A DNA stretch of 64,000 bases, from the NCBI GenBank assembly GCA_013239625.1, contig MU053556.1, positions 1 through 64,000 on the forward strand. The letters run 5' to 3'. The stretch comes from Lama guanicoe. Taxonomy: Eukaryota. The notes below the pieces were generated by a model, which was not told the origin of the DNA, searched no databases, and was given only the letters and a program-made list of their open reading frames with translations. Shown here one piece after another: positions 62,143 to 64,000 of this stretch; the stretch's first letter is position 1; each line of letters begins with the position of its first letter. Position numbers and translations under genes: made by a program.

Positions 62143-64000
62143 ATTGTCGTTTTATCAAGCGAGTAGGCACCCAAAAAGAAGACTGATCTGTAGAGATAAA
62201 AGCATAACCCCATCCCTGATAACACAATTTTACAGGAATCCAACCCTTATCAGGATCTTTATACCAAGAATCTTGTTTAGGATGCTTGCCCATGAAGTGA
62301 TCAGAATTTGTATCAAAATGCATTTTTGCCGCAGATCGGTCAGCTGAAGACCAAACATTCAAAAAATTTAGTGTTGAAAGTGTATGAGGTAATATATTAG
62401 CAGGGGTTTCACTGTATTCTTTACTCATATCCCCCTTTTTTATTTTTTGCAAATAATCTCCCAAGTTTCGACTGGCCCGTTCAATGATGGCCTGACCTTG
62501 ACTATTATAATGAATGCCAAAGGTGTGTACAATATGATGTTTAGAGAGGAATTTATGTAATTTTATAGACTGATAAGCAAGAGCATTATCAGTTTTGAGT
62601 TCTTTAGGTACACCCATTATTGCAAAACAAGCTAATAGATGAGTGATGACAGTGTCAGCTTTCTCTGATGATAAGGCTGTAGCCCACTGAAAATGAGAAA
62701 ATGTGTCAACAGTATGATGTACATATTTAAGGCGTCCAAAAGAAGGTACAATAAACACATCCATCTGCCAAATTTCATTAGTAGTACATCCTCGGGGGTT
62801 AACACCTGAAGGAAGAAGGGGTAAAGAAAAAGGGGCACAAGAAGGACAGGTCCGAACTATATTTTGAGCTTGCTTTCAAGTTATTGAATGCCTACTGATA
62901 AGTCCTCGAGCATTCGTATGATGAGCTTGATGTTCTGCTTCTGCAGCTTGAAGAGGAAATAATAAAGAATCTATTAATTGATTACCTTTAGCTAAAGGAA
63001 CAGGTAACATAGAGTGAGCTCTTATATGACAGATATATACTGCATGTTGACGTTGAAGCAATACTTGTTGCACCTGGGAAAAAAGTTTATCAATAGAAGT
63101 TTTTAAAAACAAGGGAAGATCCACTTCTGGAAGCAAGGAACATGACAATGTTGCATATTTAGAATCAGAAACAATGTTAATAGGTTCTGAAGAAAGTCTT
63201 GTAAAGCTAACAAGATTGCCCATAATTCAGCTAGTTGTACAGATGAGAAAGAATGTGCTAAGATTTTTTTTGTCGGCCTTCTGTCCAGTATCCTGCAGAA
63301 GTTTTGTTAGCATCTGTAAAAATGATCATACCTGAAACAGGAGCAGGAGAAATCACTTTAGAAATTATAACAGGTGTCTGTCGAAGAAAATGAAAATGTT
63401 TAGAATGAGGATAATGATTAGACAGTTGTCCAGGAAATTCTGATAAGGCCAAATGCCATTCTTCATTAAATTGAAGACTTCTTGAAATCTGCACTTGTGT
63501 TAATTGAGTAATAATTTCATTAGGTTCTTTCCCGGTTAATTGAAGAACTCCTTTTCTTCCTTTGGCAATCAATAAAGCAATTTTTTCCAAGTATATACTT
63601 AATTTTTTATTAACTCTATTAGGAAGAAAAAGCCATTCGATAATGGCAGCATTTTGAGAGACTACTCCAGTAGGAGTATGAGGAGTATGAAAAATGATCA
63701 ATTGTATTGGTTTTTGTAAGTCAACATATGATAAATATCCAGTATTAATTTGTTGCTCGACATACATAAGCTCTTCTATATCCTGGGGCGTAAGTGTTCG
63801 TGGACTATCGAGAGCTTTGTCTCCTTCTAGAGTTCCAAATAAATGACGTAGCTGATAAGTGGAAATACCAATTGATGGTCTGAGCCAATTAATATCTCCT
63901 AATAATTTTTGAAAATCATTAAGGGTTTTTAATTGATCTTTACGAATTTGAATTTTCTGAGGTCTTATACGAGTTCTTTCCAATATAGATCATAAATATG
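62143..64000 (-). mobile_element. pol: Betaretrovirus-like (class II) ERV pol: RT thumb/connection, RNase H, integrase; defective, continues beyond window
   Basis: IRPQKIQIRKDQLKTLNDFQKLLGDINWLRP (RT thumb); FTD...QLAEL...VSDS...HIRAH (RNase H, two frameshifts ~63265 and ~63192); HQAHH...CPSC zinc finger; WQMD...KTDN...IIER (IN DDE); in-frame TGA at 62876-62878 where W is expected. Confidence 0.93.

Overview
Mammalian genomic DNA, most likely camelid, judged from several tRNA-derived Vic-1-type SINEs. There are three N gaps and no intact protein-coding gene. The main feature is an unprocessed, degraded duplicate of the 5' part of TRAPPC9 on the + strand (about 26.1-58.5 kb). It retains a CpG-rich promoter with a perfect NRF1 palindrome, a non-coding exon 1, and coding exons 2, 3, 5 (27-nt microexon), 6 and 7, which carry frameshifts and a stop; exon 4 was not found. 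A defective betaretrovirus-like ERV (pol plus truncated env, - strand) fills the right end. Upstream lies a ~1.95 kb GC-rich degenerate tandem array of ~160-bp monomers with trimer/hexamer higher-order structure and repeated splice-donor-like motifs. Also upstream are an orphan frameshifted terminal exon of an unidentified gene and a short splice-compatible exon chain. The window also has two near-identical tandem duplications (486 bp and 1071 bp), three related LTRs and many old L1/L2/MaLR/hAT fragments. Overall it looks like a mosaic segmental-duplication block. Gene and repeat-family assignments come from recalled sequence similarity, not database searches, and repeat boundaries are approximate.
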